A stretch of DNA of 64,000 nucleotides from Candidatus Omnitrophota bacterium (lineage in GTDB: Bacteria; Omnitrophota; Gorgyraeia; Gygaellales; Profunditerraquicolaceae). The stretch is from NCBI GenBank assembly GCA_041662125.1, contig JBAZTA010000001.1, positions 195,118 through 259,117 of the forward strand, written 5' to 3'. Each line of letters opens with the position of its first letter. Position 1 is the first letter of the stretch. Below the pieces are notes generated by a model. It was not told the origin of the DNA. It did not search any database and saw nothing but the letters and a program-made list of their open reading frames with translations. Positions 27,045-37,372 of this stretch are shown in pieces. The position numbers and the translations under genes are program-made.

Positions 27045-27629
27045 TTAGTTCCCGCTAACCGGGATACCCTTCTTGCTGACGCTTACAAACGAAAAATCTT
27101 CTTTAGCCTTAGCATCGATCTGATGGCTCAAGACTCCGCGCATACCCTGCATATCCGCTGACATTTCACCGCGCCAGAAAGAAACACCTGATTTCTCTGA
27201 AGTCTGCATAGTCTCCCAAACTACCTGATTATCATCCTGCACTGTTAAGGTATAATTGGTTATGGGAAACCCCTTTTTCCCGTAATTAACAAAGGAAACC
27301 TGGTTATTCTTAAATATGACGGTTTCTTTATCTTTCTTACCTTGGCCTGAAAGAGGAGACAACTCAATAAGCCATTCGGTATTATTCAATTCTTGGCGTT
27401 TCTTCTCAGCCAACGCCTTTTGGTTCTTATCTGCTGCTTCTTTGGCTTTATCAACTTTCTTCTCCGGGGCTTTTTTGGCTACGGGAGCAGCCTTTACATC
27501 GGCAGCCTTCGATTGAACCTGTGTTGAAGCATCATCCGTTTTCTTTTTATTGCCGAACCAGGCGTGCGCGTCATTCATAGTAATAAACATAAAACTTAAA
27601 ACCACCGTGAGTACTAACCCTTTTTTCAT
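27045..27629 (-). CDS. Secreted Lys/Ala-rich hypothetical protein
   Basis: 194 aa. Signal peptide, low-complexity KA-rich region, C-terminal globular part. Confidence 0.35.
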   Translation of the reverse strand: MKKGLVLTVVLSFMFITMNDAHAWFGNKKKTDDASTQVQSKAADVKAAPVAKKAPEKKVDKAKEAADKNQKALAEKKRQELNNTEWLIELSPLSGQGKKDKETVIFKNNQVSFVNYGKKGFPITNYTLTVQDDNQVVWETMQTSEKSGVSFWRGEMSADMQGMRGVLSHQIDAKAKEDFSFVSVSKKGIPVSGN

Positions 27630-27653
27630 TTCTCCTCCTCCTTTAACTAAAGA

Positions 27654-28682
27654 TTAATTCATGGGCTTTTTGCCTTCCCATGTCTGCCACGTTAAAATAT
27701 ATTTCTTGACCCAATCCACATCTTTATCGTTTCCTTTGGTTAAACTCAAGTATTTCCTGAAATGTTCTATTGCCTTTGGCCGATTAACCAGGTATTCCGA
27801 ATAAATGTAACCGATATTATAATGAGACGCGGCATCATCAGGATTTAACTCTACGGCTTTCTCGAATTCCGCGATCGCGCGCGCGTGTTCCTTGTTTTTT
27901 GTGTAGAAAACCCCCAGGTTATAATGCATCAGCGCTGTCTCTTTTATCAAAACCTTATTTTCCCGCGCGATCTCAGCGATACGCGCCGGCTGAGCTTCAG
28001 CTTTTTTCTCAAGCATATGGTTCTTTAACATTGATTCTTCATACCTGCGCTTAAATTCTTTTACCTGGCGGCGGTAAACTTCGATCTGCGCATCAGCATC
28101 AAGTTTACGTTCTTCATAGCGCTTGAGCTTGGCTTCAATACCGCTGTATTTCCTCAGCAGATCTCTTTTATCATTTTGTAACCGGCTTATTTCTTTTCTT
28201 GTTTCAGGGACGACTTTATAATCAATCTCAAGCTTATCAACAGCGTTTTTCAGAGTAAGTTTTTCCTCGGCAAGCAGGTTGATCTGGTCCTGCAACTCTT
28301 TGGCGCCCTTTTTTAAGGCGGCATTTTCTTCTCCTAAAGACTTCTCTACCTCTTCTGACTGCGATTTACTCGCATCCAAAGCTACCTGAAGCTTGTTTTT
28401 CTCATCCTGCAATTTCTTAATTTGCACATCCACCTCTAAATATTTCGCTTTATATTCAAGCAGGTTCTTTGACTGCGTTAAAACATTATCCCTGTCCGCA
28501 ACAACTTTTTCGTATTCTTTTTTCAGCTTATCGTATTCGCTCTTAAGATTATCCTGCGCGTACACATTCGGCAAAAATCCAACCATTATGACCATAATAA
28601 ATAAAATTTTTCTTTTCATAGGTAAGGGCTTATGCTCCATGTTAGAAATTCTTGACCGGTTTAAGCACCGGCAAACGCTCAA
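27654..28682 (-). CDS. Coiled-coil + TPR-repeat protein, paralog of the C-terminus of the 1025-aa protein
   Basis: 342 aa. C-terminal TPR block LMHYNLGVFYTKNKEHARAIAEFEKAVELNPDDAASHYNIGYIY…HFRKYL resembles the 30654-33731 protein (YNLGVMYAQKQEYTKAIKEFEKVLELKPDDAESHYNLGVIF…HFRKYL). Confidence 0.5.
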   Translation of the reverse strand: MSVCRCLNRSRISNMEHKPLPMKRKILFIMVIMVGFLPNVYAQDNLKSEYDKLKKEYEKVVADRDNVLTQSKNLLEYKAKYLEVDVQIKKLQDEKNKLQVALDASKSQSEEVEKSLGEENAALKKGAKELQDQINLLAEEKLTLKNAVDKLEIDYKVVPETRKEISRLQNDKRDLLRKYSGIEAKLKRYEERKLDADAQIEVYRRQVKEFKRRYEESMLKNHMLEKKAEAQPARIAEIARENKVLIKETALMHYNLGVFYTKNKEHARAIAEFEKAVELNPDDAASHYNIGYIYSEYLVNRPKAIEHFRKYLSLTKGNDKDVDWVKKYILTWQTWEGKKPMN

Positions 28683-30435
28683 CTTCTTGTTTTATCGATT
28701 GATAATTCTGGTACGCCTTGAGTTCTACCGGAACATTCTCCTCAGAGAAATCCTGGTATTTCTGATACTCTTTATCCAAAGAATGGCCAAAATCACGGTC
28801 ATAACCGGTAACAAGCTCATCGCCTTCCACGACATGCGGAGTCAATAAAATAACCAATTCTGACCGCACCTTCTTATTGGTTTTCGTCTTAAAGGCATCC
28901 CCGATAAACGGGATCTTGCTTAAAAACGGCGTGCCGGTAGAATCAAGGGTCTTTTCTTCTTTACTTAACCCTCCGATTAAAATACTGGAACCATCCTTGA
29001 CCATAACGATCGTTTCTGCGGTCGAGGTATCGATTATCGGGATCTTATTCTTACTGGAAGTCTCCAGGAATGAGATAACGCTTGAGATCTCTGGCTTTAC
29101 TTTGACGGTGACAAAACCATCGTCATTGATCGTCGGAGTAACCATCATCTGTATACCGACATCAACATAGGTGACCGCTTCTGATACAGTCGTACTTGTC
29201 TGCGTCTGAGTAGTAGTCGTCGTTATATATGCCTGCTTCTCGCCGACATGGATCTTGGCTTCCTGATTATTGACCACGGCAAGTTTTGGGTTAGAGAGTA
29301 TGCGCGTTTCGCCTAAAGTCTGCAGGTATTTTATAATCGCGTCAAAATCATGCTTACCGACAACACCCAAATGCATTTCTTCGGTCGCTGTTTTCGCAGT
29401 TGAGGCGGAAAAATCGGTCGTCGTGCCCGAAAAAGGATATGATCCGACATATCCGGTATCCGCTACGACTTCCTTACGTGAACGCCAAGTATTGCTCGTC
29501 GCTGTCGTAGAAGGCCCGACTGAACTTAAAGGATACGACCCCAGATAGGTAGTCCCCCATTTCTTCCCGAGGTTAAACAACCCTTCCCATTCAACACCAG
29601 ACCCCACAGAATCAGTTAATTTGACCTGAATGATCTTTGCGTCAATAAGTATCTGCTTGGTCTTTTTGTCCAGGCTCTGGATCAAACGGCTGATATCATC
29701 CATACGATCAGGCAATGTTTGCACGATAACCTGGTTTGTCCGTTCATCGGCTTTAATTGAGCCTAATTTTTTTACATCAATTTGAGGCTTTAATTGTTCT
29801 TCAATATCTTTGGCACGGGCGTATTTTAAGTCAAATACAATAATAATATTCTTTTGCTCCATTGCCTGCAAAGTAGACTCCATGCTCCTGACTCGTTCCG
29901 GGGTATCCATGACCAGAATGACCCCGGAATCCTGATCCAGGAGAATCTTGCCGATATCGCTCTTAAGCGTGTTCAAAAGATTATAGGCTTGTTCGGGGAT
30001 CGCGTATTTTAAATTAAAGACCTTCGTGACTCTGCTATCCGTAAAATTCTTGCCATAGCGGGCCTTGTATTCGTTCTCGGTCATCACATTATAAATATCG
30101 CCCTTTTTCTCATACGCCAGGTTATTACTGCGCAAGATGATATCAAAAACATCCCTCGCAGGCACACCATCAACCATAAGCGATGTACGGCCTGAAACCT
30201 CTTTTGTAGGGATGATATTTAAATTCGCTTTAGTAGCGATATATTTTAATGCTTCGATTATCTCCATATCCCTAAGGTCCAAAGAAATATTTACCTTTGG
30301 AAAATTATCATGTGCGATATTTGCTTCCTCTTGAAAAGGAAGTTTATCCGCACGCTGCAACCCTTGCGCGTAAGTTTTTATTATCCCGCAAAACAGGAAA
30401 ATAATCAATAATGGATATACTTTATGTACTTTCAT
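28642..30435 (-). CDS. Secretin (GspD/PilQ/MshL superfamily outer-membrane channel), copy A
   Basis: 597 aa. C-terminal secretin domain KIPIIDTSTAETIVMVKDGSSILIGGL…GTPFLSKIPFIGDAFKTK…ELVILLTPHVV. N-terminal N0/STN-like part. Confidence 0.75.
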   Translation of the reverse strand: MKVHKVYPLLIIFLFCGIIKTYAQGLQRADKLPFQEEANIAHDNFPKVNISLDLRDMEIIEALKYIATKANLNIIPTKEVSGRTSLMVDGVPARDVFDIILRSNNLAYEKKGDIYNVMTENEYKARYGKNFTDSRVTKVFNLKYAIPEQAYNLLNTLKSDIGKILLDQDSGVILVMDTPERVRSMESTLQAMEQKNIIIVFDLKYARAKDIEEQLKPQIDVKKLGSIKADERTNQVIVQTLPDRMDDISRLIQSLDKKTKQILIDAKIIQVKLTDSVGSGVEWEGLFNLGKKWGTTYLGSYPLSSVGPSTTATSNTWRSRKEVVADTGYVGSYPFSGTTTDFSASTAKTATEEMHLGVVGKHDFDAIIKYLQTLGETRILSNPKLAVVNNQEAKIHVGEKQAYITTTTTQTQTSTTVSEAVTYVDVGIQMMVTPTINDDGFVTVKVKPEISSVISFLETSSKNKIPIIDTSTAETIVMVKDGSSILIGGLSKEEKTLDSTGTPFLSKIPFIGDAFKTKTNKKVRSELVILLTPHVVEGDELVTGYDRDFGHSLDKEYQKYQDFSEENVPVELKAYQNYQSIKQEVERLPVLKPVKNF

Positions 30436-30436
30436 A

Positions 30437-30664
30437 TTAGTTGCCCAAAAGTTTCTTGCGGATCAGCGTAAGCGAATATCCCTCTTTAGAAAGGGAGGTA
30501 ATTTGTTTCAGGCGCCTGTTTGCCTGTGTACGCTCATAAAACCTTACATTACCTTTTTTAAAGGCAACACTCAACAATCCCACATCAGAATAACGATTGA
30601 TCGTCTGCGGCGATAATCCGTAAAGCTGAGATATTTCTTTTACTGTAATGAATTTATCTGCCAT
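30437..30664 (-). CDS. Small MerR/excisionase-like HTH DNA-binding protein, copy A
   Basis: 75 aa. MADKFITVKEISQLYGLSPQTINRY… is paralogous to the 37139-37372 product. Confidence 0.5.
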   Translation of the reverse strand: MADKFITVKEISQLYGLSPQTINRYSDVGLLSVAFKKGNVRFYERTQANRRLKQITSLSKEGYSLTLIRKKLLGN

Positions 30665-33600
30665 TTTTTAAATCCTGATCCGCGGTCTCCCAGGTAAGCA
30701 CGAACCTTCTGACCTGCTCAGATTCCTGATCATTGGGAGCTAAAGCCAAATATTTCCTAAAATGGAAAATCGCCTTTTTACGGTTATTTAATTGTTCACC
30801 AAAGATAACGCCTAGATTATAGTGGCTTTCAGCGTCATCCGGTTTTAACTCCAAAACTTTCTCAAACTCTTTGATAGCCTTAGTATATTCCTGTTTCTGA
30901 GCATACATAACGCCCAGATTATACCGCAATACCGTATTTTCCTCAGGGAGTTCAGCATACCGGGTAGTCAGCGTTTGATGCCTTTCCTTAGCTTCTTCAG
31001 TGACTTTGAAACGCTGCGTTAATTGATCATAATTGTTTTTTAAATTTTGATAATCTGCCATTAATTCTTTATATTGCTTTTCCACCTCTTCTTTGTTCTT
31101 AACCCGTTGTTCATAATCCTGGAGCTTGCGATTATACTCTTTTGTCTTCTCAAGCAATTCGTTTTTCGAAGTTTCCAAATCAGCGACCTTCTTGGTCATC
31201 GCAGGAGGAGGCATGCCGCCCATTTTCTCTTTCTCTTTTTCTAATCTGGCAAACTGGTTTTGCAAATCATTAACCTGTTCAGAAACAGCCACGTATTGAT
31301 TTTTCAGGAATGTATTTTGTTCAAGCAACTTCTTATTTTCATCCGTTAAAAGGATCCTCTGCGTTTCCAATTCTTTGAGCTGGCCAAGATTCTGTTTTTG
31401 CTGATTTAAAAGTGAGCTTTTTTCCTGGACTAACTGGTAAGAAAGCTCCTGAGAACTGCTCAGATCAGCCAGGTTTTTATTGGCCGCCTCGGTAATCGCC
31501 CGGATATCCGCTTCTTTTTGCAATTTAAATTCCCGGAATTTGTCATTTAACTGAGCCCACTCGCCGTCTTTATGCGCTTTCACCTGCTCTATCTCGGCAT
31601 CAAGGAGCGCCCTATCCTGCTCTTTATTGGTTTTTAATTTCGTGATCTGCTCGTAAAGCTCTCCGAGCTGTCTTTTAAACTCATCGCATTCCCGCTGCAG
31701 CGCTGACCTCTCTTTTTCGCCCTGAGATATTTGCGCCAGTAATTGTTCTGTTTTCTGCTGGTAATTTTGTACCTGAACCGTTGAACCAGCTTTGAGGTTT
31801 TCCGCATCCGAAAGCCTGACCATAGCCCGCGCTAACTGCTCAGAAATCCTGGTGCGTTCATCAAGGATAGTCAGATTTTTCTGCATACAATCCTGATACT
31901 GCGCTTCTAAAACCGTATTCTCACTCTCCAGGGCTTTGATCTTTACGCCCGACACATTTTCCTGGCTTTGATACACGGCTTTTTCCTGAATCAATTGGCC
32001 GGAGAGCTCCTGAGCAACTTTCAGGTCTTTTTGCAGCTGATGTATCTGCTGAACAAAAACATTGTCACTGACACCCTGAGTGAGGGCAGATTCTTTTTCT
32101 TTACTTTCTTTCAACTGAGCCGATAAAACCGCTTGGCTGCTTTTGAGCTCATCAATCTCTTTCTGCGCGGCCAAACGTTCTTTCTGCGACTGCGCAGATT
32201 TATTTTTCAACTGCTCTACTTCCTGTGACGAAACAATTTTATTCTTACTGTTAAGTGCCTCCTGCCGCAAAAGGTTCCGCTCTGCCTCAAGTTTAACCAG
32301 CTGCTGGCGTAACTGCGCACTATCGCTCTTTGAACCCACCTGTTTTTTTAACTCCTCAGCCTGCGCTTCCAATTGGTCACGTTCAGATTCAACTTTAGCT
32401 AACTTTACGCGCAGCTGATCCAGGTCTTTTTGCAAAGGCAGCTGCTTCTTTAACGCTGCCCCCTCATCCCGCAGTTGATCGCGCTCCTCTTCCAGTTTAA
32501 CCACTTTGTTTCGCAATACAGAAACGTCTTTCTCTGAGCCAAGTTGTTTTTTCAAAGCTCCCACTTGCTCCTGCAAAACATTACGCTCATCTTCTAATGC
32601 CGCGAACTTACTACGCACCCGCGCGATATCATCCTCAGACCCCACCTGCGCCTTGAGCGACTTAACTTCAGACTGCAGGGAATTACGTACCTCTTCCAAT
32701 TCAGAGAATTTCTCGCGTAATTTCTCAATATCTTTTTGAGAAATAAGCTGCTTCTTTAACTCAGCAGCCTCTTGCTGGAGATGGCTACGCTCCCCTTCAA
32801 GCTTTGAGGCCTTATCACGCATAGCGTCAAAATCACGCTTGGTGATAATTTCTTTTTTCAGTCGAGCAGTATCTTCTTTTAGCTTGTCGCGTTCTTCTTC
32901 CACGAGCGATAGTTTTTCGCGAAGCTCATGTACTTCCTGCGAAACAACTGACAATTCCTTGAAACGCATGTCCTTTTCTTTGAGATCATTGACCAGGCGG
33001 CTGCGTTCTTCATCAAACTCTGAGGCCCGCAGGCGAAGCGCATCTATGTCTTTTTGAGCAACGACTTTCTTTTTAAGGGTATTGACTTCTTCCTGCAGCT
33101 GGACGCGCTCTGTCACCGCTTCAGATAATTTATCGCGTAAATTATCAAACTCTTTCTGCGGGATCTGCTTTTTCTTAAGCGCGTTCAATTTAAGGTTAAG
33201 CTCAGTGCGCTCCGATTCAACACGGGTAAACTTATCACGCAGCTGTTCGATCTCTTTCTTTAACGATTCAACTTCACCGCTTAAGACAACCCTGACTGTT
33301 TCCAAATCACTGAGCTGTGAAGAAGCTTCTTTTTGTTTGCCCTGTACAAATTCTTTTTCCTGAGTAAGCCTATTGATCAATTCCTGAAAACTCTTAAAGT
33401 CATCCTGGAGTTTAAATATTTTCTCATTCAAAGACTTATTTTCCTGTTCCTTTAAACCGCAGAGTTCCTTAAGCTGCAGGAGCGCCTGTTGGGAAAGCAA
33501 AAGCTCATCTTTTGCTTTCCTAAGCAAATTTATAAGTTTGTCTTTACTGATCGCTGAATCAACGCTGTCAAGATCAGCCGTGACCGTAGGTGAAGCGTCT

Positions 33601-33731
33601 TTTGCCTGTGCCTGAGCATTCACAAAAGGAAAAAGGAGCATACATCCGGACAGTATAATACTGATACTTAAGCACACTCCAAGCGAACCAGTTTTTTTCT
33701 CCATATGATCTCCACTTAAAATCACAATCAC
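30654..33731 (-). CDS. Giant coiled-coil protein with signal peptide/TM, ~34-aa tandem repeats and C-terminal TPR domain
   Basis: 1025 aa. N-terminal hydrophobic segment, long E/K/L/Q coiled coil, C-terminal TPR block paralogous to the 27654-28682 product. Confidence 0.55.
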   Translation of the reverse strand: MIVILSGDHMEKKTGSLGVCLSISIILSGCMLLFPFVNAQAQAKDASPTVTADLDSVDSAISKDKLINLLRKAKDELLLSQQALLQLKELCGLKEQENKSLNEKIFKLQDDFKSFQELINRLTQEKEFVQGKQKEASSQLSDLETVRVVLSGEVESLKKEIEQLRDKFTRVESERTELNLKLNALKKKQIPQKEFDNLRDKLSEAVTERVQLQEEVNTLKKKVVAQKDIDALRLRASEFDEERSRLVNDLKEKDMRFKELSVVSQEVHELREKLSLVEEERDKLKEDTARLKKEIITKRDFDAMRDKASKLEGERSHLQQEAAELKKQLISQKDIEKLREKFSELEEVRNSLQSEVKSLKAQVGSEDDIARVRSKFAALEDERNVLQEQVGALKKQLGSEKDVSVLRNKVVKLEEERDQLRDEGAALKKQLPLQKDLDQLRVKLAKVESERDQLEAQAEELKKQVGSKSDSAQLRQQLVKLEAERNLLRQEALNSKNKIVSSQEVEQLKNKSAQSQKERLAAQKEIDELKSSQAVLSAQLKESKEKESALTQGVSDNVFVQQIHQLQKDLKVAQELSGQLIQEKAVYQSQENVSGVKIKALESENTVLEAQYQDCMQKNLTILDERTRISEQLARAMVRLSDAENLKAGSTVQVQNYQQKTEQLLAQISQGEKERSALQRECDEFKRQLGELYEQITKLKTNKEQDRALLDAEIEQVKAHKDGEWAQLNDKFREFKLQKEADIRAITEAANKNLADLSSSQELSYQLVQEKSSLLNQQKQNLGQLKELETQRILLTDENKKLLEQNTFLKNQYVAVSEQVNDLQNQFARLEKEKEKMGGMPPPAMTKKVADLETSKNELLEKTKEYNRKLQDYEQRVKNKEEVEKQYKELMADYQNLKNNYDQLTQRFKVTEEAKERHQTLTTRYAELPEENTVLRYNLGVMYAQKQEYTKAIKEFEKVLELKPDDAESHYNLGVIFGEQLNNRKKAIFHFRKYLALAPNDQESEQVRRFVLTWETADQDLKNGR
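32230..33200 (-). repeat. Tandem ~102-nt (34-aa) coiled-coil repeats within the 1025-aa gene
   Basis: Protein unit KDxxxLRxKxxxLEEERxxLxxExxxLKKQLxSx recurs about 9-10 times (…LKKQLISQKDIEKLREKFSELEEVRNSLQSEV / …LKKQLGSEKDVSVLRNKVVKLEEERDQLRDEG…). Confidence 0.5.
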
Positions 33732-35545
33732 CGTGAAAGCGACTTAGGCCCTTTTATTTCCAATCTTTGTTTATCAACCGGCATAAAAACCGGAGCCGCC
33801 GGTTCAATCAGCTCTTCTTTCTTTAACGCGGTATAATCTTTCGGCGGCTTAACCGCGCCTCCGCCGACTTCTTTCAAAACAGTACCGGAAACCAAGACCT
33901 CCCCGGAAATTATTTTTGGCGTCAGAATGATCAATAGTTCTGCCTTATCTTTTGACTTCGATTTTACACTGAAGAAGCGGCCAAGTAAAGGAATATCTCC
34001 CAATATCGGAGTCTGCTGGGTACTAAAGACCTCTGTTTCTTTACGCAATCCGCCGATAATGACGGTTGAACCATCTTTAACCATAACCGTAGTTTCCGCT
34101 AGCGACGTATCTATTATCGGGATTTGATTCTTCGTCGGAGTAATAAGCATTTCCAGGACACTGTTTATTTCCGCTTTTATTTTTAAGGTAATAAATCCTT
34201 CGTCGTTTATGGAAGGAACCACTGAAATAATAACGCCGACATCGACAAAAGTTACCTGCTCTGAAACAGTATTGGTTGTCTGCCCGGTCGTCGTTGTCGT
34301 GGTAACATATGCCTCTTTCTGGCCGACGTGAATTTTGGCTTCCTGATTATTAACTACCGCTAATTTAGGATTTGAAACAACTTTGGTCTTGCCGATCGTC
34401 TGTAAATATTTTATAACGGTATCAAAATCGTGTTTTCCGACAACTCCCAAATGCATTTCCTCAGTTCCAATTCTCGAAGTACTTGAAGAATAATTGGTCG
34501 TCGTCCCGCTGAAAGGATATGAACCTACATTTCCCACGGTATTCCATACCGAATTCCGGGAAGTCCAGGTGTCGGTTGACGCCTGCACTGACGCAAAAGG
34601 AGTAGATCCCAGGTAACTCATGCCGAATTGCCTGCCCAGATCAAATAACCCTTCCCACTGTATTCCTTCACTGGTTTCATCTGATAATTTTACATTAACG
34701 ATATTTATATCAACGATGATCTCCTTGGTCTTCTGGTCAAGGTCCTTGATCAGTTTTTCGATCTGATCCATACGCTTCGGCAATGTCTGGACGAGTATTT
34801 GATTGCCCCGTTCATCAGCCTTGATCATCCCGACTTTTTTTGAATCCAGCTGATTTCTTAACGCTTCTTCGACATCCTTAGCTTTGGCGTAATTTAACTT
34901 AAAAACTTTTACCGTATTCTTTTCTTCAAAATCCTTAAGTATCTTCTCCATGATTTCAATACGCGCGGGAGAATCAATCACTAATACATTACCGGATTCC
35001 GGATCCACCAATACCCTGCCGATCTCGCTTTTAAGCATATCCAACAGGCTAAAAGCTTGTTCCGGGACAGTATAATTCAAATAAAAGACTTTTACCTGGC
35101 GCATATCGGAAAAACTCTTCCCATAAAGCACCTTGTATTCTTCCTGAGTCATGACATTATAGATCTCACCTTGCTTATCATACGCGAGATTATTACTGCG
35201 CAACATCAGGTCAAAAACATCCTGAATAGGAGCGTTCTCGACCATAAGCGTAACTCTTCCCATGACAGACTTGGTCGTGACAATATTCAATCCCGCTTTT
35301 ATAGATACGAACTTTAACGCGTCAACAACATCAATATTCCTTAAATCAAGGGATATCTTTCCCGCGATGATAGTCGCAGTAGGAGCCACCATGAGTTTAG
35401 GAAGCGCTGTTTGAGCTAATTGTATTATTTTATCCCCCGATGAACTTTCAGGGGCAGCATGAAGGATGGGAATACAGACAAAACTTAAGCAGGCCAGGGT
35501 ATAAACGAAAATAAGATATTGTAAGAACCTTTTCTTGACTGTCAT
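33728..35545 (-). CDS. Secretin (GspD/PilQ/MshL superfamily), copy B
   Basis: 605 aa. C-terminal secretin domain NQIPIIDTSLAETTVMVKDGSTVIIGGL…TPILGDIPLLGRFFSVKSK…ELLIILTPKII. Colinear with copy A. Confidence 0.75.
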   Translation of the reverse strand: MTVKKRFLQYLIFVYTLACLSFVCIPILHAAPESSSGDKIIQLAQTALPKLMVAPTATIIAGKISLDLRNIDVVDALKFVSIKAGLNIVTTKSVMGRVTLMVENAPIQDVFDLMLRSNNLAYDKQGEIYNVMTQEEYKVLYGKSFSDMRQVKVFYLNYTVPEQAFSLLDMLKSEIGRVLVDPESGNVLVIDSPARIEIMEKILKDFEEKNTVKVFKLNYAKAKDVEEALRNQLDSKKVGMIKADERGNQILVQTLPKRMDQIEKLIKDLDQKTKEIIVDINIVNVKLSDETSEGIQWEGLFDLGRQFGMSYLGSTPFASVQASTDTWTSRNSVWNTVGNVGSYPFSGTTTNYSSSTSRIGTEEMHLGVVGKHDFDTVIKYLQTIGKTKVVSNPKLAVVNNQEAKIHVGQKEAYVTTTTTTGQTTNTVSEQVTFVDVGVIISVVPSINDEGFITLKIKAEINSVLEMLITPTKNQIPIIDTSLAETTVMVKDGSTVIIGGLRKETEVFSTQQTPILGDIPLLGRFFSVKSKSKDKAELLIILTPKIISGEVLVSGTVLKEVGGGAVKPPKDYTALKKEELIEPAAPVFMPVDKQRLEIKGPKSLSR

Positions 35546-36141
35546 CGTAATTCGATTAATTCTTCTCCATAGCGCAAAAGTATCTTATCTTTAAAAACAC
35601 TTTCTACTTTAAGATCTCCGACCATTTGCCCTTTTCTGACAAAAAAAGTTCGAACGGACTTAACATCTTCTATCATAACATCGGGATTATCCGACCAGGA
35701 AATCCCCACGAGCCTTAAATTTTGCATTACTTCAGCCGCTTTAGAAGAAATAACCTCATTAACCGACGAAGATGAGTCACTCATCCCCATCTTAAAAATA
35801 TCTCTGCTTTGTATTTTACCTATATAATAGGCGCTATCTTTTAACCGGGATGTTTCCTGCTTAACGTTTGCATCCTTGGTTAATTCAGGGATCACCCATT
35901 CACCCGGATTTATTTTCTTTATTCCCTGTGAAACACTATAGGCAAAATAAACAGACAAGATAATAACACATAAAAAAAGAACGATATTAATTACTTTAAT
36001 ATCAACTTGATCCTGCTTTTTCTTAAAGGCCTTGAGGATATTCTCTTTAAAAGCAGAAAAAACCACAGCTATTTGTTCTGGGGAGAAAACATTTAAAATA
36101 TTTACTTTTATCGCCATAAGGCCTTGCCGCTCTCCGGTCAA
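35542..36141 (-). CDS. Single-TM secretin-associated inner-membrane protein (PilP/GspC-like?)
   Basis: 199 aa. One TM helix (INIVLFLCVIILSVYFAY) and a small C-terminal beta-rich domain. Overlaps the secretin start. Confidence 0.3.
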   Translation of the reverse strand: MTGERQGLMAIKVNILNVFSPEQIAVVFSAFKENILKAFKKKQDQVDIKVINIVLFLCVIILSVYFAYSVSQGIKKINPGEWVIPELTKDANVKQETSRLKDSAYYIGKIQSRDIFKMGMSDSSSSVNEVISSKAAEVMQNLRLVGISWSDNPDVMIEDVKSVRTFFVRKGQMVGDLKVESVFKDKILLRYGEELIELR

Positions 36142-37130
36142 TTGGTCTTTCCAGGTTTTATTTCTGCCGCCGCGGGTTTAGGATATACCAGGATTTTTGC
36201 TTCAGCCTTTAATTTTCCCAGCCAACCATTAAGCTCATCGTATTTCTTGATCATCTCAACCTGCTTCAAATACGAATCCCGCAATTTCGGAAAATCTTCT
36301 TTATTCGCCAACCTCTTTTTTAAAATACGGATAACGCCATAGCCCTTATATACAGGAATAGGCGGGTATATGGAATTAACTTCTAAATCGAGCATTTTAT
36401 AAAGGTCATCTTTGGGAATCTTCCACATATTAATAAGAAACTCTAGTGACACAAACCCGGGATGCTTGCCAAACTTCTGATCTTTCTTAGATGCTTCATC
36501 CCAAAGGGCCGGGTCCCTCATTTTCGCGTAAAAAGCATCCGCATCCTTTTTCTCGTCAAACGCTACCAGCTCCAGTTCTAAAGTATTGTATTCATTCAGG
36601 AATTCCTGGTAAGCCTCAGCTTCGGTAACGGAAGGCTTAAACGTATCCAGGACCTGCTGGCGCAGTTTTTCTAATTGTATCAAATGGCGCAATTGATTTT
36701 CAAAGAGCTCAGAAGTCTCGCCGGTTTTTTCTTTGAGCCATGTATCGTATGCAGCTTTATCGTTCTGCCAGTCGAATGCTACCTTCTCGCTTTTGAGCGT
36801 CTTAGAAACTTCCTGCTCCAACTCATCCTTGCTGACAGTAATATCCCGGCGAAACGCTTCGTAGGAAAGAAGCAACTGCTCCCAGGTCCTATCCTCAAAC
36901 TCTACATCCGTCGCAGGAGCCTGTCCCCAGCGCGTCCCAAAGACACTGATAACCCTTTTAATAAAATAATAATTACCTACCGTGACCTTGACACCAAAAC
37001 CGCTCAATTCGCCGGCAAATTCATCCGGTTTAATCCGGGTATCCTGACAATACGCGACTTTGCATACGCATACAGTACTACCCGCACACATAAAGAAGAG
37101 AATAAAAACAATAGTGAAATATTTTTTCAT
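36138..37130 (-). CDS. Secreted hypothetical protein (SurA-N-like chaperone domain?)
   Basis: 330 aa. Signal peptide, then a helical domain weakly reminiscent of SurA/PpiD N-terminal chaperone domains. Confidence 0.3.
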   Translation of the reverse strand: MKKYFTIVFILFFMCAGSTVCVCKVAYCQDTRIKPDEFAGELSGFGVKVTVGNYYFIKRVISVFGTRWGQAPATDVEFEDRTWEQLLLSYEAFRRDITVSKDELEQEVSKTLKSEKVAFDWQNDKAAYDTWLKEKTGETSELFENQLRHLIQLEKLRQQVLDTFKPSVTEAEAYQEFLNEYNTLELELVAFDEKKDADAFYAKMRDPALWDEASKKDQKFGKHPGFVSLEFLINMWKIPKDDLYKMLDLEVNSIYPPIPVYKGYGVIRILKKRLANKEDFPKLRDSYLKQVEMIKKYDELNGWLGKLKAEAKILVYPKPAAAEIKPGKTN

Positions 37131-37138
37131 CTAACCCC

Positions 37139-37372
37139 TTAAACACCTACTACTTTTTTTCTGATCAGGCGCAAGGAATAACCTTCGCGCGACAAACGAA
37201 CAATTAACGAGATACGCTGTTTCACCAGCTTAGAATCATAAAACCGGATATTCCCTTTCTTAAAAGCAAGCGGCAATAATCCAAAATCGGTATAATGATT
37301 GACCGTCTGATAAGTCAAGTGATACCTGCTCATAATCTCTTTCGCCGAAATCAAGGTATTTTCGTCTGCCAT
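37139..37372 (-). CDS. Small MerR/excisionase-like HTH DNA-binding protein, copy B
   Basis: MADENTLISAKEIMSRYHLTYQTVNHY… is paralogous to copy A. Start assigned to the ATG at 37372, by alignment with copy A, rather than the GTG at 37387. Confidence 0.5.
   Translation of the reverse strand: MADENTLISAKEIMSRYHLTYQTVNHYTDFGLLPLAFKKGNIRFYDSKLVKQRISLIVRLSREGYSLRLIRKKVVGV

Noticed and set aside
36138-37130. Firm functional call (SurA/PpiD chaperone) for the 330-aa secreted protein, and a PilP/GspC call for the 199-aa TM protein
   Set aside because: These rest only on faint resemblance and genomic context with no diagnostic motif. Both are kept as low-confidence hypothetical features.
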